In this document: positions 10,195 through 19,516 of the stretch, piece by piece
Layout: every line of letters starts with the position of its first letter
Numbering within the stretch: the stretch's first letter is position 1
From: an uncultured Candidatus Saccharibacteria bacterium
GTDB taxonomy: Bacteria > Patescibacteriota > Minisyncoccia > Phycocordibacterales > UBA9973
Length of the DNA: 64,000 nt
NCBI GenBank assembly: GCA_964426555.1
Contig: CAYRQJ010000003.1
Coordinates: forward strand, 1,229-65,228
Reading direction: 5' to 3'
Notes under the pieces: model-generated
Databases searched by the model: none
What the model saw: the letters and a program-made list of their open reading frames with translations, nothing else
What the model was told of the DNA's origin: nothing
Translations under genes and position numbers: made by a program

Positions 10195-10836
10195 ATGAAA
10201 ATTGGGCAACAAGCAAAATCTGCTGGTAAAATTAAAAAACCAAGCAAAAATAATATTGTAAATTTTACAACATGGATTGGGTCAAACGAATCGTTGATTA
10301 TTCATTCCATTGTATTTGGGTTCTTTTTTTTAATCTCAATACTGGGTGCTGATTTTGATAAAATATTATTAGTATTAACTACACTGGTATCACTGGAAGC
10401 AATATATTTGTCGATTTTTATTCAAATGAGTGTAAACCGCCAAGGAGAACAATTAGAAATAGTCTCTGAAGACATTGAAGAAATTCAAGAAGATGTGGAA
10501 GAAATTCAAAAAGATGTGGAAGGGATTGAAGAAGATATTGATGAAATTCAGGAAGATGTGGAAGAAATTGAAAAAGACATTGATGAAATTCAGGAAGATG
10601 TAGAAGAAATTCAGGAAGATGTAGATGAATTACCAAATACTCCAAACACAAAAAAATCTATTACAAAAGATAGTATCGATTCAAAACAAAACGATTTAAA
10701 TAAAAATATTCTTACACTACTACAAAGTATGGATCAAAAAATTCAAGACTTACAAAAAGAATTAGCTATAAGTAAGTCTAAAGAAGCAAAAACAGATTCT
10801 ATAACAAAAAAAGTAGCAAAGTTAATAAAAAAATAA
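10195..10836 (+). CDS. DUF1003-family membrane protein with C-terminal acidic heptad-repeat (coiled-coil) region
   Basis: 213 aa. 'NFTTWIGSNESLIIHSIVFGFFFLISILG...LVSLEAIYLSIFIQMSVNRQ' matches the DUF1003 two-helix core. It is followed by 8 perfect heptads (EDIEEIQ/EDVEEIQ/KDVEGIE...) and a Lys-rich tail. Confidence 0.55.
   Translation: MKIGQQAKSAGKIKKPSKNNIVNFTTWIGSNESLIIHSIVFGFFFLISILGADFDKILLVLTTLVSLEAIYLSIFIQMSVNRQGEQLEIVSEDIEEIQEDVEEIQKDVEGIEEDIDEIQEDVEEIEKDIDEIQEDVEEIQEDVDELPNTPNTKKSITKDSIDSKQNDLNKNILTLLQSMDQKIQDLQKELAISKSKEAKTDSITKKVAKLIKK
10468..10635 (+). repeat. 8 tandem 21-nt (heptad-encoding) repeats inside the DUF1003 gene
   Basis: Direct read: gaagacattgaagaaattcaa / gaagatgtggaagaaattcaa / aaagatgtggaagggattgaa ... 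In frame with the CDS; a-d positions are I/V, the rest D/E/Q/K. Confidence 0.8.
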
Positions 10837-10848
10837 TCCCCTACGGGA

Positions 10849-11442
10849 TTATTTTTTTATATCAATATTTACTTTACCTTGTCTTAATATTTTAGGTTTA
10901 GACCCAGAATAGTCAACAAGAGTAGAAGGTTCGCCACGGCGTGTACCACCAGCTAAATATGCATCCACAGTATCTTTAAAATACCTGTGTGCTTTATTTT
11001 CACATGTTGCAGGTGGCTGACCTTCGGGGTTAGCACTGGGGGCTAATACTGGCCCAACGGAATTTATGATTTTATATAAATTACGAGATTTTTTGCCGAT
11101 CATACGAAAAGCAATACTACCAATTCCCCTGTGTAAATATTCGTATTTTTTAGAATTACATGGCAATACTATACTTACAGCTCCCGGCCAATATTTATTC
11201 ATAAAATCTTGCTGTTTTTCTGTAATAGAAATTCCAAAAGATTTTATTTGAACAACATCAGTAACTAAAATTATACATGGCTTTTTTGTATCTCTTTGCT
11301 TTATTTTATATAATTTATTTACAGCACGCTTATCTATTGCACGACAAATTATTCCATACATTGTATCTGTAGGAACTATAGCTACCCCACTATTCTTTAG
11401 TGTATCTATAACTTGGTTTACAGTATTACCTTTAAAAAACAT
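10849..11442 (-). CDS. tsaC: L-threonylcarbamoyladenylate synthase (TsaC/YrdC family)
   Basis: 197 aa. 'VAIVPTDTMYGIICRAIDKRAVNKLYKIKQRDTKKPCIIL' is the YrdC/Sua5 signature. Short single-domain form. Confidence 0.75.
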   Translation of the reverse strand: MFFKGNTVNQVIDTLKNSGVAIVPTDTMYGIICRAIDKRAVNKLYKIKQRDTKKPCIILVTDVVQIKSFGISITEKQQDFMNKYWPGAVSIVLPCNSKKYEYLHRGIGSIAFRMIGKKSRNLYKIINSVGPVLAPSANPEGQPPATCENKAHRYFKDTVDAYLAGGTRRGEPSTLVDYSGSKPKILRQGKVNIDIKK

Positions 11443-11443
11443 T

Positions 11444-11824
11444 TTAAATATTATTTATTTTTGCAGCTAAAATAAAATCGTTATTTGATAGCCCACCAAT
11501 AGCATGAGTAGATAATGTAATTTCTACAAATTTATAATCTGTTAAATTAATGTCGGGGTGATGGCCTTCAACTTCAGCAATTACCCCAACTTTATTTACA
11601 AAATCCAATGCATGTTTAAAGTCTGCAAATATAAATTTTTGACTAATACTTTTAGCGTCATATGACAATACCCAATCATGTACGGCATCATTAACCAACA
11701 TCGCTTCGGCTTCTATTTGGTTTAAAGCTGGAAAATCTCCACCTTCGCACGGGATACATTTTTGGTTTATTAAATCTTGATCTTGCATATTTGTATTATA
11801 ACAAAAAAATTGGGAGTTACCCAA
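11444..11824 (-). CDS. pterin-4a-carbinolamine dehydratase (PCD/DCoH)
   Basis: 126 aa. 'AEVEGHHPDINLTDYKFVEITLSTHAIGGLS' contains the PCD [E]-x-H-H-P motif. Confidence 0.7.
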   Translation of the reverse strand: MGNSQFFCYNTNMQDQDLINQKCIPCEGGDFPALNQIEAEAMLVNDAVHDWVLSYDAKSISQKFIFADFKHALDFVNKVGVIAEVEGHHPDINLTDYKFVEITLSTHAIGGLSNNDFILAAKINNI

Positions 11825-11833
11825 TTCTTTGTA

Positions 11834-12541
11834 TTATTGTACTGTAGCTGGAATAGCACTAATTATTTCATTTATTTTATCTCGTGTTGTTTTACCAACA
11901 TAACCAGTTCCACTAATACCATAGTTTTTTTGAAATTTTCGTACAGAAGATAATGTTTTTATTCCAAAATATCCTGTAGGATTTCCATTAAATAAATTTT
12001 GGTCTACAAGAAAATTCTGTAATTTAACTACATCTTCACCACGACTGCCAAATCTTAGATTTGCATAAATCCCATTACCTATTATTTCAGTTGGTAATTG
12101 TTCTTCATTATCAACTATAGTTACCATTTTTGTTACAAATTGAGTTTGTCCCCCTCTTTCTAAATCTGGTTGTGGGCAAGGTGCCATAATACAATAAATT
12201 GTTGGCTGATAAGCATAATTTACATCGTAAATTGTACCGGGTTGTAAACCAGTAACAGTTACTTGTTTTTTACCTTCTGGAGTTTTTAAACATTCATTAT
12301 ATGTAGCACAGCCTTCAATATGACCTTTGGTATAATATTCAAAGTATAAATTATTTACATATTTATATGCTTCAGTTTTGTCTACAAAAACAAAAGTTGC
12401 TGAGTTAGTTGTAATATTAACAACATCAACTGTTGGTTTTTCACGAACCAGAGAAATATCATCAACTATTTCATTTGCCTTGGCTATATTAAAGGCAAAA
12501 ATACTTAGGACTATAAAAAATACTATGTTTATTTTTTTCAT
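11834..12541 (-). CDS. secreted protein with C-terminal peptidoglycan-binding domain (PG_binding_1)
   Basis: Signal peptide 'MKKINIVFFIVLSIFAFNIAKA'. C-terminus 'GSRGEDVVKLQNFLVDQNLFNGNPTGYFGIKTLSSVRKFQKNYGISGTGYVGKTTRDKI' matches the PGBD fold consensus. Confidence 0.6.
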   Translation of the reverse strand: MKKINIVFFIVLSIFAFNIAKANEIVDDISLVREKPTVDVVNITTNSATFVFVDKTEAYKYVNNLYFEYYTKGHIEGCATYNECLKTPEGKKQVTVTGLQPGTIYDVNYAYQPTIYCIMAPCPQPDLERGGQTQFVTKMVTIVDNEEQLPTEIIGNGIYANLRFGSRGEDVVKLQNFLVDQNLFNGNPTGYFGIKTLSSVRKFQKNYGISGTGYVGKTTRDKINEIISAIPATVQ

Positions 12542-12543
12542 AA

Positions 12544-13680
12544 CTATACCTTAAATTCTACCACATCTCCGTCTTTTACAATATAGTCTTTGCCTACTGT
12601 CATTAATTTACCTTTGGCACGAGCGTCACCATAACTACCGGCTTCCAAAAGATCTTTCCAGTATACTACTTCAGCGCGAATGAATTTATCACGAAAATCG
12701 GTATGTATTGCCATACCAGCAACTGGTGCGGTACTTCCTTTCTCAATAGTCCAAGCTCTTGTCTCGGTTTCGCCTGTTGTAAAATAAGTTTCTAGACCAA
12801 GTAATTCATAAGACCCACGGATAAGGTCGGTAATCCCGTCCCCTGATTCTCCTCCAAATTCACTGCGCATCTCTTCCTTCTCAGCGCCATCGAAATCTTT
12901 TAGTTCTTCTTCAATTTTTGCATCGAACAACACAAACCCTGCTCGTTCATTGTAAATTTCGTTTAATAATTCTTTGTAAATTTCTGGAGCTTCAATATTT
13001 AAATTTTTTGCACCAGCACGAGTGTTTAACCCATATAACATTGGTTTAATAGTAATTAACCCTAATTGTTTTATGGCTTTCATTTCAAACTCATCCAAAT
13101 CTGCACGACGTGCAGGTAAACCAATTTCAAGCAAAGCTAGCACTTTTTCAATTGCTGACAACTCAACTAATGCATTTTTGTCTCCGCGACTTGCGTCTTT
13201 AGCAACATTCCCACGACGCTTTGTAACAGTATCAAGATCAGCCAAAGCTAATTCCATATTAATTACAGACATATCACGAATAGGATTAAAATCGGTATAC
13301 ACATGTTGCATTTCCCCACCGCTTAATTCTTTTCCATCTTTACCCAGATTTGATATTGGGAATAATCGTACAAGATGTAAGATTGCATCAACTTCACGAA
13401 TATGAGTTAAAAATTTATTACCCAAGCCTTCGCCCTTGCTGGCGCCTTCTACTAACCCTGCAATATCCACAAATTCAATAATTGCTGGAACAGTTTTTAC
13501 AGACTCTGAAAATATACCCAGTAAATTTAATCTTTCGTCAGGGACAGGAACAATACCTACTGATGGGTCAATAGTACAAAAAGGATAGTTTTCTGCTGGA
13601 ACAGATTTTTTTGTAAGCGCGTTAAACAATGTTGATTTTCCAACATTTGGTAGTCCTACAATTCCGATACTTAATTTCAT
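12544..13680 (-). CDS. ychF: ribosome-binding ATPase YchF (Obg-family GTPase)
   Basis: 378 aa. 'MKLSIGIVGLPNVGKSTLFNALT' P-loop and C-terminal TGS domain 'TGETETRAWTIEKGSTAPVAGMAIHTDFRDKFIRAEVV'. Confidence 0.9.
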   Translation of the reverse strand: MKLSIGIVGLPNVGKSTLFNALTKKSVPAENYPFCTIDPSVGIVPVPDERLNLLGIFSESVKTVPAIIEFVDIAGLVEGASKGEGLGNKFLTHIREVDAILHLVRLFPISNLGKDGKELSGGEMQHVYTDFNPIRDMSVINMELALADLDTVTKRRGNVAKDASRGDKNALVELSAIEKVLALLEIGLPARRADLDEFEMKAIKQLGLITIKPMLYGLNTRAGAKNLNIEAPEIYKELLNEIYNERAGFVLFDAKIEEELKDFDGAEKEEMRSEFGGESGDGITDLIRGSYELLGLETYFTTGETETRAWTIEKGSTAPVAGMAIHTDFRDKFIRAEVVYWKDLLEAGSYGDARAKGKLMTVGKDYIVKDGDVVEFKV

Positions 13681-13782
13681 GTGGTTAATATAGCAGAAAT
13701 AAGGGTATTTGTCATTTATAAATTACATTATTTAAATTCTACTTTTATCGCAAAATATAGGTTTATCTGCTAGTATGGTTAT

Positions 13783-14355
13783 ATGACTATAAAGATAACT
13801 TCTACAAAATTTGTAAAAGGAGTTGTAGGTAATGACCCAATTTTAACCAATGGTATCCCCCATTTGGCGTTTATTGGTAGATCTAATGTGGGTAAATCCA
13901 GCCTTATAAATTCACTAACCCATAGTAAAATTTCACGTACTAGTAGTAAGCCCGGTAGTACAAGAGAAATAAATGTATATTTAATAAATGGAGAATATTA
14001 TCTTGTTGATTTACCAGGGTATGGATTTGCGCAAGGGTCAAAATCTAGTAAAGAAAAAATGAGTGATCTTATTGAATCTTATATTTTTAACCCTAACTAC
14101 ACTCAAAAAAAGATAGTTCTAATAATTGATGCCAATGTTGGCATGACTGAAAAAGATCTTAGCATGTACGAAGAACTAAAAGAAAGTAAAAAAGATTTTA
14201 TTGTAGCTGCCAGTAAAATAGATAAAATGACTCAGTCTGAATATCATCACAAAATCAAGGAATTAGAATCTATGGTTGGCGCAAGTATTCTGTACCCATT
14301 CTCTTCAAAGAAGAAAAAAGGGTTAGATAAAATTACAGAAGTAGTTTTTGGGTAA
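13783..14355 (+). CDS. engB: ribosome biogenesis GTP-binding protein EngB/YsxC (YihA)
   Basis: 190 aa. 'HLAFIGRSNVGKSSLINSLT', 'DLPGYGF' and 'SKIDK' are the G1, G3 and G4 motifs in EngB order. Confidence 0.85.
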   Translation: MTIKITSTKFVKGVVGNDPILTNGIPHLAFIGRSNVGKSSLINSLTHSKISRTSSKPGSTREINVYLINGEYYLVDLPGYGFAQGSKSSKEKMSDLIESYIFNPNYTQKKIVLIIDANVGMTEKDLSMYEELKESKKDFIVAASKIDKMTQSEYHHKIKELESMVGASILYPFSSKKKKGLDKITEVVFG

Positions 14356-14356
14356 T

Positions 14357-14395
14357 AAAAAAAGCAGGCCTTTTTAGACCTGCGTTTGATATGTT
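14357..14395. terminator. bidirectional intrinsic terminator between convergent engB and the T9SS-CTD protein gene
   Basis: Hairpin gcaggcc-ttttta-gacctgc with flanking A-run and T-run. Confidence 0.5.
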
Positions 14396-14407
14396 TTTTC
14401 TTATGGT

Positions 14408-15511
14408 TTAATTTTTAACCATAAGCTTTTTAGTTAGTATTCCATACCGATTATCAACCAATATGGTATATAAACCGGTTGGAAGATTCTGAATTTCTAA
14501 AAAATTGTTTAATTCTTGAGAATTAGCTTCGTAAACCACTTTTCCATAAAGATCTGTGATTTGAATTTTATTTTCCAAAAGTTCAGTACCTTTTAAATCA
14601 ATAATTACAATATCAGTAGAATTAGCCGGATTAGGATAAACAACCATTTCTGGCTTTCCACTTAATTCTGTACCAATCTTTGGCATAACTATTGGAGAGT
14701 ATTCAAACTTATCATCATGGTCAATCTGCTTGATTCTATATGCACAGAATTTTATTGGCATATTATCAATAAATTCATAGTACAAATTTTGACTTGAATT
14801 TCCGGCACCTTTGATAGTTCCGATTCTTTCAAAATCTTTACCATTTACAGTGCGTTCGATTTCAAATCGATCATTATTGATTTCTGTAGCTGTAACCCAA
14901 TTAATGATATTTTTTATTCCATTAATTTTTGCACCTACTGTTAACCATGTAACTGGTAATGGGCTATTTGTGGCATCTAGGGTAAAGATTGTGTAATAAA
15001 AATCATCATCACAATCAAAAGCAACACCTGAAAATTTAACTTCAGTACTAGTAGTACTACTAGCTCCGCTAACTAGAGCAGTCCAATTTCCACTGGTTCC
15101 GGTCCTGCGAGCTAATATATAATTACTAGCAGTTCCAGGAGAAACAGAAACCCCATAATCTGGGAAGTTAAAAATAAAATCTACAGAATATGTATGATTT
15201 CCAGAATGATGCCCCGCATCAATCCGATACACAACATCCCATCTTTCATCTGCGCTAGAGATTCCCGAGATATCGGTATTATTCATTGCTCCTGTAGTTC
15301 CAGAACCTGAGTAAAAATCAATATTATGCTGTGGATTAGAAGCAAGCACCAATTTCAATGCACCATTAGTATAAGTGCCTGCATTTGAAATAGTTGTTTG
15401 TGCAAAAGCTTTTTCAAAGCCAATGGTAAATAGTAAGATCATCATAACTGACGAAATACGAAATCTGTTGCTCACTAGAGCTTCTTTTGGTAAAAAATTT
15501 TTAAATAACAT
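14408..15511 (-). CDS. secreted protein with C-terminal T9SS (Por secretion) sorting domain
   Basis: 367 aa with an N-terminal signal-like hydrophobic stretch. Last ~85 aa 'MVVYPNPANSTDIVIIDLKGTELLENKIQITDLYGKVVYEANSQELNNFLEIQNLPTGLYTILVDNRYGILTKKLMVKN' closely match the Por_Secre_tail/TIGR04183 CTD consensus (VYPNPA..., ..I.DL.GK.V, ..L..GLY.I.V......TKKL.V.). Confidence 0.6.
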   Translation of the reverse strand: MLFKNFLPKEALVSNRFRISSVMMILLFTIGFEKAFAQTTISNAGTYTNGALKLVLASNPQHNIDFYSGSGTTGAMNNTDISGISSADERWDVVYRIDAGHHSGNHTYSVDFIFNFPDYGVSVSPGTASNYILARRTGTSGNWTALVSGASSTTSTEVKFSGVAFDCDDDFYYTIFTLDATNSPLPVTWLTVGAKINGIKNIINWVTATEINNDRFEIERTVNGKDFERIGTIKGAGNSSQNLYYEFIDNMPIKFCAYRIKQIDHDDKFEYSPIVMPKIGTELSGKPEMVVYPNPANSTDIVIIDLKGTELLENKIQITDLYGKVVYEANSQELNNFLEIQNLPTGLYTILVDNRYGILTKKLMVKN

Positions 15512-15585
15512 AGAAGGATAAGTTTTTTAAAGTAAAACAAATTTTTAATATTGTCAAGATTATAACATCTATACAAGTTTTTGTC

Positions 15586-15622
15586 AAATAAAATACCAAG
15601 ATATAATCTTGGTATTTTATTT
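15586..15622 (-). terminator. intrinsic terminator downstream of the 108-aa gene
   Basis: Hairpin ataccaagat-ataat-cttggtat followed by T-run on the minus strand. Confidence 0.4.
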
Positions 15623-15633
15623 ATATATTTTTT

Positions 15634-15960
15634 TTACAAACCCATATTCCCCATTCCACCCATTAATTCCATTAGTGGCATTAATGCTTCACGGTGTTTT
15701 ACAAATTCATCTTTGTATTTCATCATTACAGCCATTTGTGCCATTTCTGGATTCATACCATTTTTTATTTTTTCTTCAGTTTCAGTTTGAATTTTTTCTA
15801 GCAAATTTTTTACTTCTTTATTATCTTCAAGACTTTTTAGTTTCTTTGCAAGATCTGGATTTTCTTCAATCTTTTTTACAAGTTCGTCTATTTTGTCTTC
15901 AGGTACGCCCTTTAATTTACTGCCTAATGCTTTTTTTAGTATCCAATGTTTTAATCCCAT
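15634..15960 (-). CDS. hypothetical Lys/Glu-rich protein with Met-rich C-terminus
   Basis: 108 aa; ends 'MPLMELMGGMGNMGL'. No family recognised. Confidence 0.35.
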   Translation of the reverse strand: MGLKHWILKKALGSKLKGVPEDKIDELVKKIEENPDLAKKLKSLEDNKEVKNLLEKIQTETEEKIKNGMNPEMAQMAVMMKYKDEFVKHREALMPLMELMGGMGNMGL

Positions 15961-15984
15961 AAAAATTTTATTTTAATAATAATG

Positions 15985-16056
15985 TGATCCCACAGAGAAT
16001 CGAACTCTGATTCCATCCTTGAGAAGGATGTGTCCTAACCGTTAGACGATGAGACC
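15985..16056 (-). tRNA. tRNA-Glu (anticodon CTC)
   Basis: Reverse complement: acceptor ggtctca/tgggatc (two G-U pairs), D-arm gtct..agac, anticodon stem catcc/ggatg with loop tTCTCaa, T-arm cagag-ttcgatt-ctctg. CCA not encoded. Confidence 0.75.
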
Positions 16057-16101
16057 ATAATTGTATTTATAGCAAAAAAATACAATTATATCAATTTGCT
16101 A

Positions 16102-17394
16102 CTACACTCTCTTTTTCCATTCGGCATCCTGGCGGACAAGTAGATTTGGAATAGTTGATTTATCTTCAATTAATTCCTCTACTAATTTTTCCATACGCAT
16201 ACCCTGAGAACCTTTTACCAATACAACATCACCAAATTTTATTTTGTTTAATAAGTCAATTTGTACTGTCTCCATGTTGTCACTATACATTATTTTTGTT
16301 TTTGCATATTTTTTATCTATCAATAAATCATAAGCATACTGCATACGCGGACCAACCAAATAAATAAAATCTAATTTTTGATCTTTTAAGAAATACCCAA
16401 TTTCTTCATGAGCATCTTTTGTCATTTTACCTAAATCCAACATATCCCCAAGCACTGCAATATGGCGGCCATTTGTATCGATAGTGGTTAATGTTTCTAT
16501 TGCGGCTTCCATGGCTGCAGGTGACGCATTATAAGAATCGTCCAGTATTAATGTATTATTTATCCCAAGTATTGGATTTAATCTACCCGGAGTAATCCCC
16601 AGTGTCGACATAGATGTAGCAATTTGTTCTGCATCGTAACCCAATGCGTCACCGGCAGCTACTGCAAACATTACTCCATATATTTGATGACGCGCAATAA
16701 ATCCCGGAGCAAAAGTAGGAATAACTTTGCCTCGCATTATTATATTAAATTTCATACCGTAGACTCCATTTTCCGCTATTACTCGCTCTAAATTATTTGC
16801 GGTTACATCATTAGTAGGATCAAACCCTATAGTAACAACGGGGTGATTTGTATTTTTTGCAATATCGTACACATGTTTACTGTCTTTATTTAAAATAATA
16901 CTACCACCAGCACGAGTATATTTAACCAGTGCACTTTTTTCGTCTACAATATTTTCACGGGTTCCAAAAAATTCTATATGTACTGGCACATCAGGAATGT
17001 GTGTAATTATTGAAACATGAGGTTTTAACCATTTTGCAAGACGTGGAATATCTCCAGGGAATCTTGTTCCCACTTCTAAAATTAAAACTTTGGGGTATTC
17101 GTCTTTTATTAAAACTCTTATTCCTTTGGCGATAACATTAAACCACCCCAACACACTACCCCAAGCATTTGGCGCCATTATAATAGACAGTGGCACACCA
17201 AAATCACTATTATAGCTTTTGTCAGCTTTAGCAATTTTGGTAACTGAAGCCATACCATGGGCCACCACATCTTTTGTTGTAGTTTTACCAACAGACCCAG
17301 TAATAGCAATTACCACAGGTTTATGTCGCCATAATATTAACTGAGAAACTAATTTCAGTAAAAATATTATAATTTTTTTGATATATCTATTCAT
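16102..17394 (-). CDS. murF: UDP-N-acetylmuramoyl-tripeptide--D-alanyl-D-alanine ligase
   Basis: 430 aa. 'KPVVIAITGSVGKTTTKD' Mur-ligase P-loop. Positioned with ftsI in the dcw cluster. Confidence 0.85.
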   Translation of the reverse strand: MNRYIKKIIIFLLKLVSQLILWRHKPVVIAITGSVGKTTTKDVVAHGMASVTKIAKADKSYNSDFGVPLSIIMAPNAWGSVLGWFNVIAKGIRVLIKDEYPKVLILEVGTRFPGDIPRLAKWLKPHVSIITHIPDVPVHIEFFGTRENIVDEKSALVKYTRAGGSIILNKDSKHVYDIAKNTNHPVVTIGFDPTNDVTANNLERVIAENGVYGMKFNIIMRGKVIPTFAPGFIARHQIYGVMFAVAAGDALGYDAEQIATSMSTLGITPGRLNPILGINNTLILDDSYNASPAAMEAAIETLTTIDTNGRHIAVLGDMLDLGKMTKDAHEEIGYFLKDQKLDFIYLVGPRMQYAYDLLIDKKYAKTKIMYSDNMETVQIDLLNKIKFGDVVLVKGSQGMRMEKLVEELIEDKSTIPNLLVRQDAEWKKRV

Positions 17395-17439
17395 TGTTTT
17401 TCTTTTATACTTTATAACTTTACAAACTTTCAGTTTATC

Positions 17440-19125
17440 TTATCTGTCTGGTTCTATTCTTCCATAGGAAATTAAAAAGCGCAAATAAGAGAATAATGGT
17501 TTTGCTAGCGAATATGACGCGTATTCTACATTTTTAGGATACACATTATAAAGTAATACTATGTATTTAGGATTACTAGCTGGGATATAAGCAAACATTG
17601 TATGCAAATACCTGTCATCGTAATATTTACCATTTGGCCCAGCAATTTGAGCCGTTCCAGTTTTTGCTGCAACACTATGATGTGGAAATGCCAATGTACC
17701 ATTTTGCAAATCAGTATCTACAACTTTGGTTAATACACTACTAATTCTTTTTGCTGTTTCTTCTTTTAACGCTCGGTCTAAGTATGTATTTTCAAACTTT
17801 TTTACGACTTCTCCATCTGGGGTACGAATCTCTTTTACAATATGAGGATTTGCTGGAATTCCACCGTTAGCTAATGTTGAAAAAGCTCGAATTGCTTGAA
17901 TAGGTGTGACTGCAAACCCTTGACCAAAAGAAGCCGAGGCAAATTCAATATCACGATTTGAATCCCAGTTTTTGGTTAATGAATTTATTTCACTAGGTAA
18001 ATCAATATTTGTTTTTTCGCGAAAACCATAACTAGTCAAATATTTGCGCATATCACTAATCCCAATTTTTTGAAAAATCATTACCATTCCAGTATTTAGT
18101 GATTGACCAAGAATAGTTTTAATAGTTACAACCCCGCGCCCTTTTTTATCAAAGTTATGAATTGTTTCTACTCCTACTTTTATGCTACCAGTATCATTGA
18201 ATTTTGTATTTTCATCAACTACTCCCAAATCTATTCCCGTAGCAACAATTAAAGGCTTCATTACGGAACCAAATTCATAAACTTTTGAAACAGCAGGATT
18301 TAAAAATACTGATTCGTCTTTGGCTGATTTTAAATCATTTGGGTCAAAACCCGGAGTATATGTCATGGCTAAAATTTCTCCAGTTTTTGGATCCATTACT
18401 ATACCTCCGACACCTTCAGAACTATAAAGTTTTTGAACGTCTTCTACTGTTTTCTCTAATGCAACTTGGATTTCAGGTTCCAAAGTTGTAACAATATCCA
18501 TTCTTGTATTTTTGCCTTTTTTAATATTTCTAAAAACTGCAGCAAAAGAATTTATATTTGCCTGAGTATCCGGCGGGGTTAAATATTTTTCATAAAATTT
18601 TTCCAGACCATATACACCTTGTTCGTAATCTCCAACATGCGCTACTACACCTAATACATGCGATGCTTGCTTGCCAGCAGGATACGAGCGCCATAATTCT
18701 CTTGTTAAAATTACTCCTTCTATTTTTGCATTAAATAATTCTTCTTTTTTATTTTTTGGTACACGATGAGCTATTTCTTCATAAGGATCTGTTTTTTTCA
18801 ACATTTTTTCATTAAAAATATTTTTTTCTATTGGGTAAATGGTATTAATTTTTTTAAAAGTTTCTTCTGGGTTTATTATTGTTCTTGGAGATATTGCTAA
18901 AATATAACCACTGTTCATAGTAGCAGCTGATACCAAATTACCATCTTGTCTTGTAAAATAAATACTGCCCCTGGGTTCAGTTTCTCCTCGGCCAGTCATA
19001 TACTGACCATCACCACGAGTTTGATAAACGGATTTATGTATTACTTGTACATAAAAAAGTTTTACTATTATTAAAACAAAAAGCCCAACAATAAATAACG
19101 ATAGAATTCTTGTTCGGCTTATCAT
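17440..19125 (-). CDS. ftsI: peptidoglycan D,D-transpeptidase FtsI (class B PBP)
   Basis: 561 aa. N-terminal TM, 'FGSVMKP' (SxxK), 'SLNTG' (SxN) and 'KTGTAQ' (KTG) motifs. dcw-cluster position. Confidence 0.8.
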   Translation of the reverse strand: MISRTRILSLFIVGLFVLIIVKLFYVQVIHKSVYQTRGDGQYMTGRGETEPRGSIYFTRQDGNLVSAATMNSGYILAISPRTIINPEETFKKINTIYPIEKNIFNEKMLKKTDPYEEIAHRVPKNKKEELFNAKIEGVILTRELWRSYPAGKQASHVLGVVAHVGDYEQGVYGLEKFYEKYLTPPDTQANINSFAAVFRNIKKGKNTRMDIVTTLEPEIQVALEKTVEDVQKLYSSEGVGGIVMDPKTGEILAMTYTPGFDPNDLKSAKDESVFLNPAVSKVYEFGSVMKPLIVATGIDLGVVDENTKFNDTGSIKVGVETIHNFDKKGRGVVTIKTILGQSLNTGMVMIFQKIGISDMRKYLTSYGFREKTNIDLPSEINSLTKNWDSNRDIEFASASFGQGFAVTPIQAIRAFSTLANGGIPANPHIVKEIRTPDGEVVKKFENTYLDRALKEETAKRISSVLTKVVDTDLQNGTLAFPHHSVAAKTGTAQIAGPNGKYYDDRYLHTMFAYIPASNPKYIVLLYNVYPKNVEYASYSLAKPLFSYLRFLISYGRIEPDR

Positions 19126-19135
19126 GTTTTATATT

Positions 19136-19465
19136 TTACTTTTTTAGATTAGCAATTGCAATAGAATTTACAGATGTATCTATGTCAGATTTTACATAAA
19201 TTGCATTAGGTGATATTTGAAAACCACTACTATCAGTATTCCCAAGTGCAATAGAATTTTCTTCTGTCATGTATTCAATTTCTTTTGTAGCTAAATCTGT
19301 TTTTCGGTCTTCAACATTTTTTGTGATACTACGCATTGTTACAACATTACTAGATGTGGCGCATAATAACACTACATAGCTAAACATAAAAAACCCAATT
19401 CCGTATGCCATATACAAATTTAATTTTTGGAATTTCTGTATTTGTTTTTTTTGTATTTTATTCAT
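19136..19465 (-). CDS. small bitopic membrane protein, FtsL-like by position
   Basis: 109 aa with a single TM ('YGIGFFMFSYVVLLCA'), sitting between rsmH and ftsI where ftsL normally lies. No sequence-level confirmation. Confidence 0.35.
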   Translation of the reverse strand: MNKIQKKQIQKFQKLNLYMAYGIGFFMFSYVVLLCATSSNVVTMRSITKNVEDRKTDLATKEIEYMTEENSIALGNTDSSGFQISPNAIYVKSDIDTSVNSIAIANLKK

Positions 19466-19516
19466 CTTCCTAAACTTTTTATTATAATTAATAATTTCGG
19501 TGAATCATCTTTGCCT

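Noticed and set aside
10418-10651. 77-aa minus-strand ORF (…LPEFLLHLPEFHQ…) inside the heptad repeat
   Set aside because: It is an antisense reading of the 21-nt tandem repeats of the DUF1003 gene. Its own repetitiveness is a mirror artefact.
14346-14364. 19-nt identical string TTTTGGGTAATAAAAAAAG shared by the terminators at 14346 and 51066
   Set aside because: It is short, AT-rich and spans a stop codon in one case. This is likely coincidence or a generic terminator context and is not called a repeat family.
15634-15960. 108-aa protein as an Ffh (SRP54) M-domain fragment because of the Met-rich C-terminus
   Set aside because: It has no GTPase or NG domain context and the similarity is limited to the Met/Gly-rich tail, so it is left as hypothetical.
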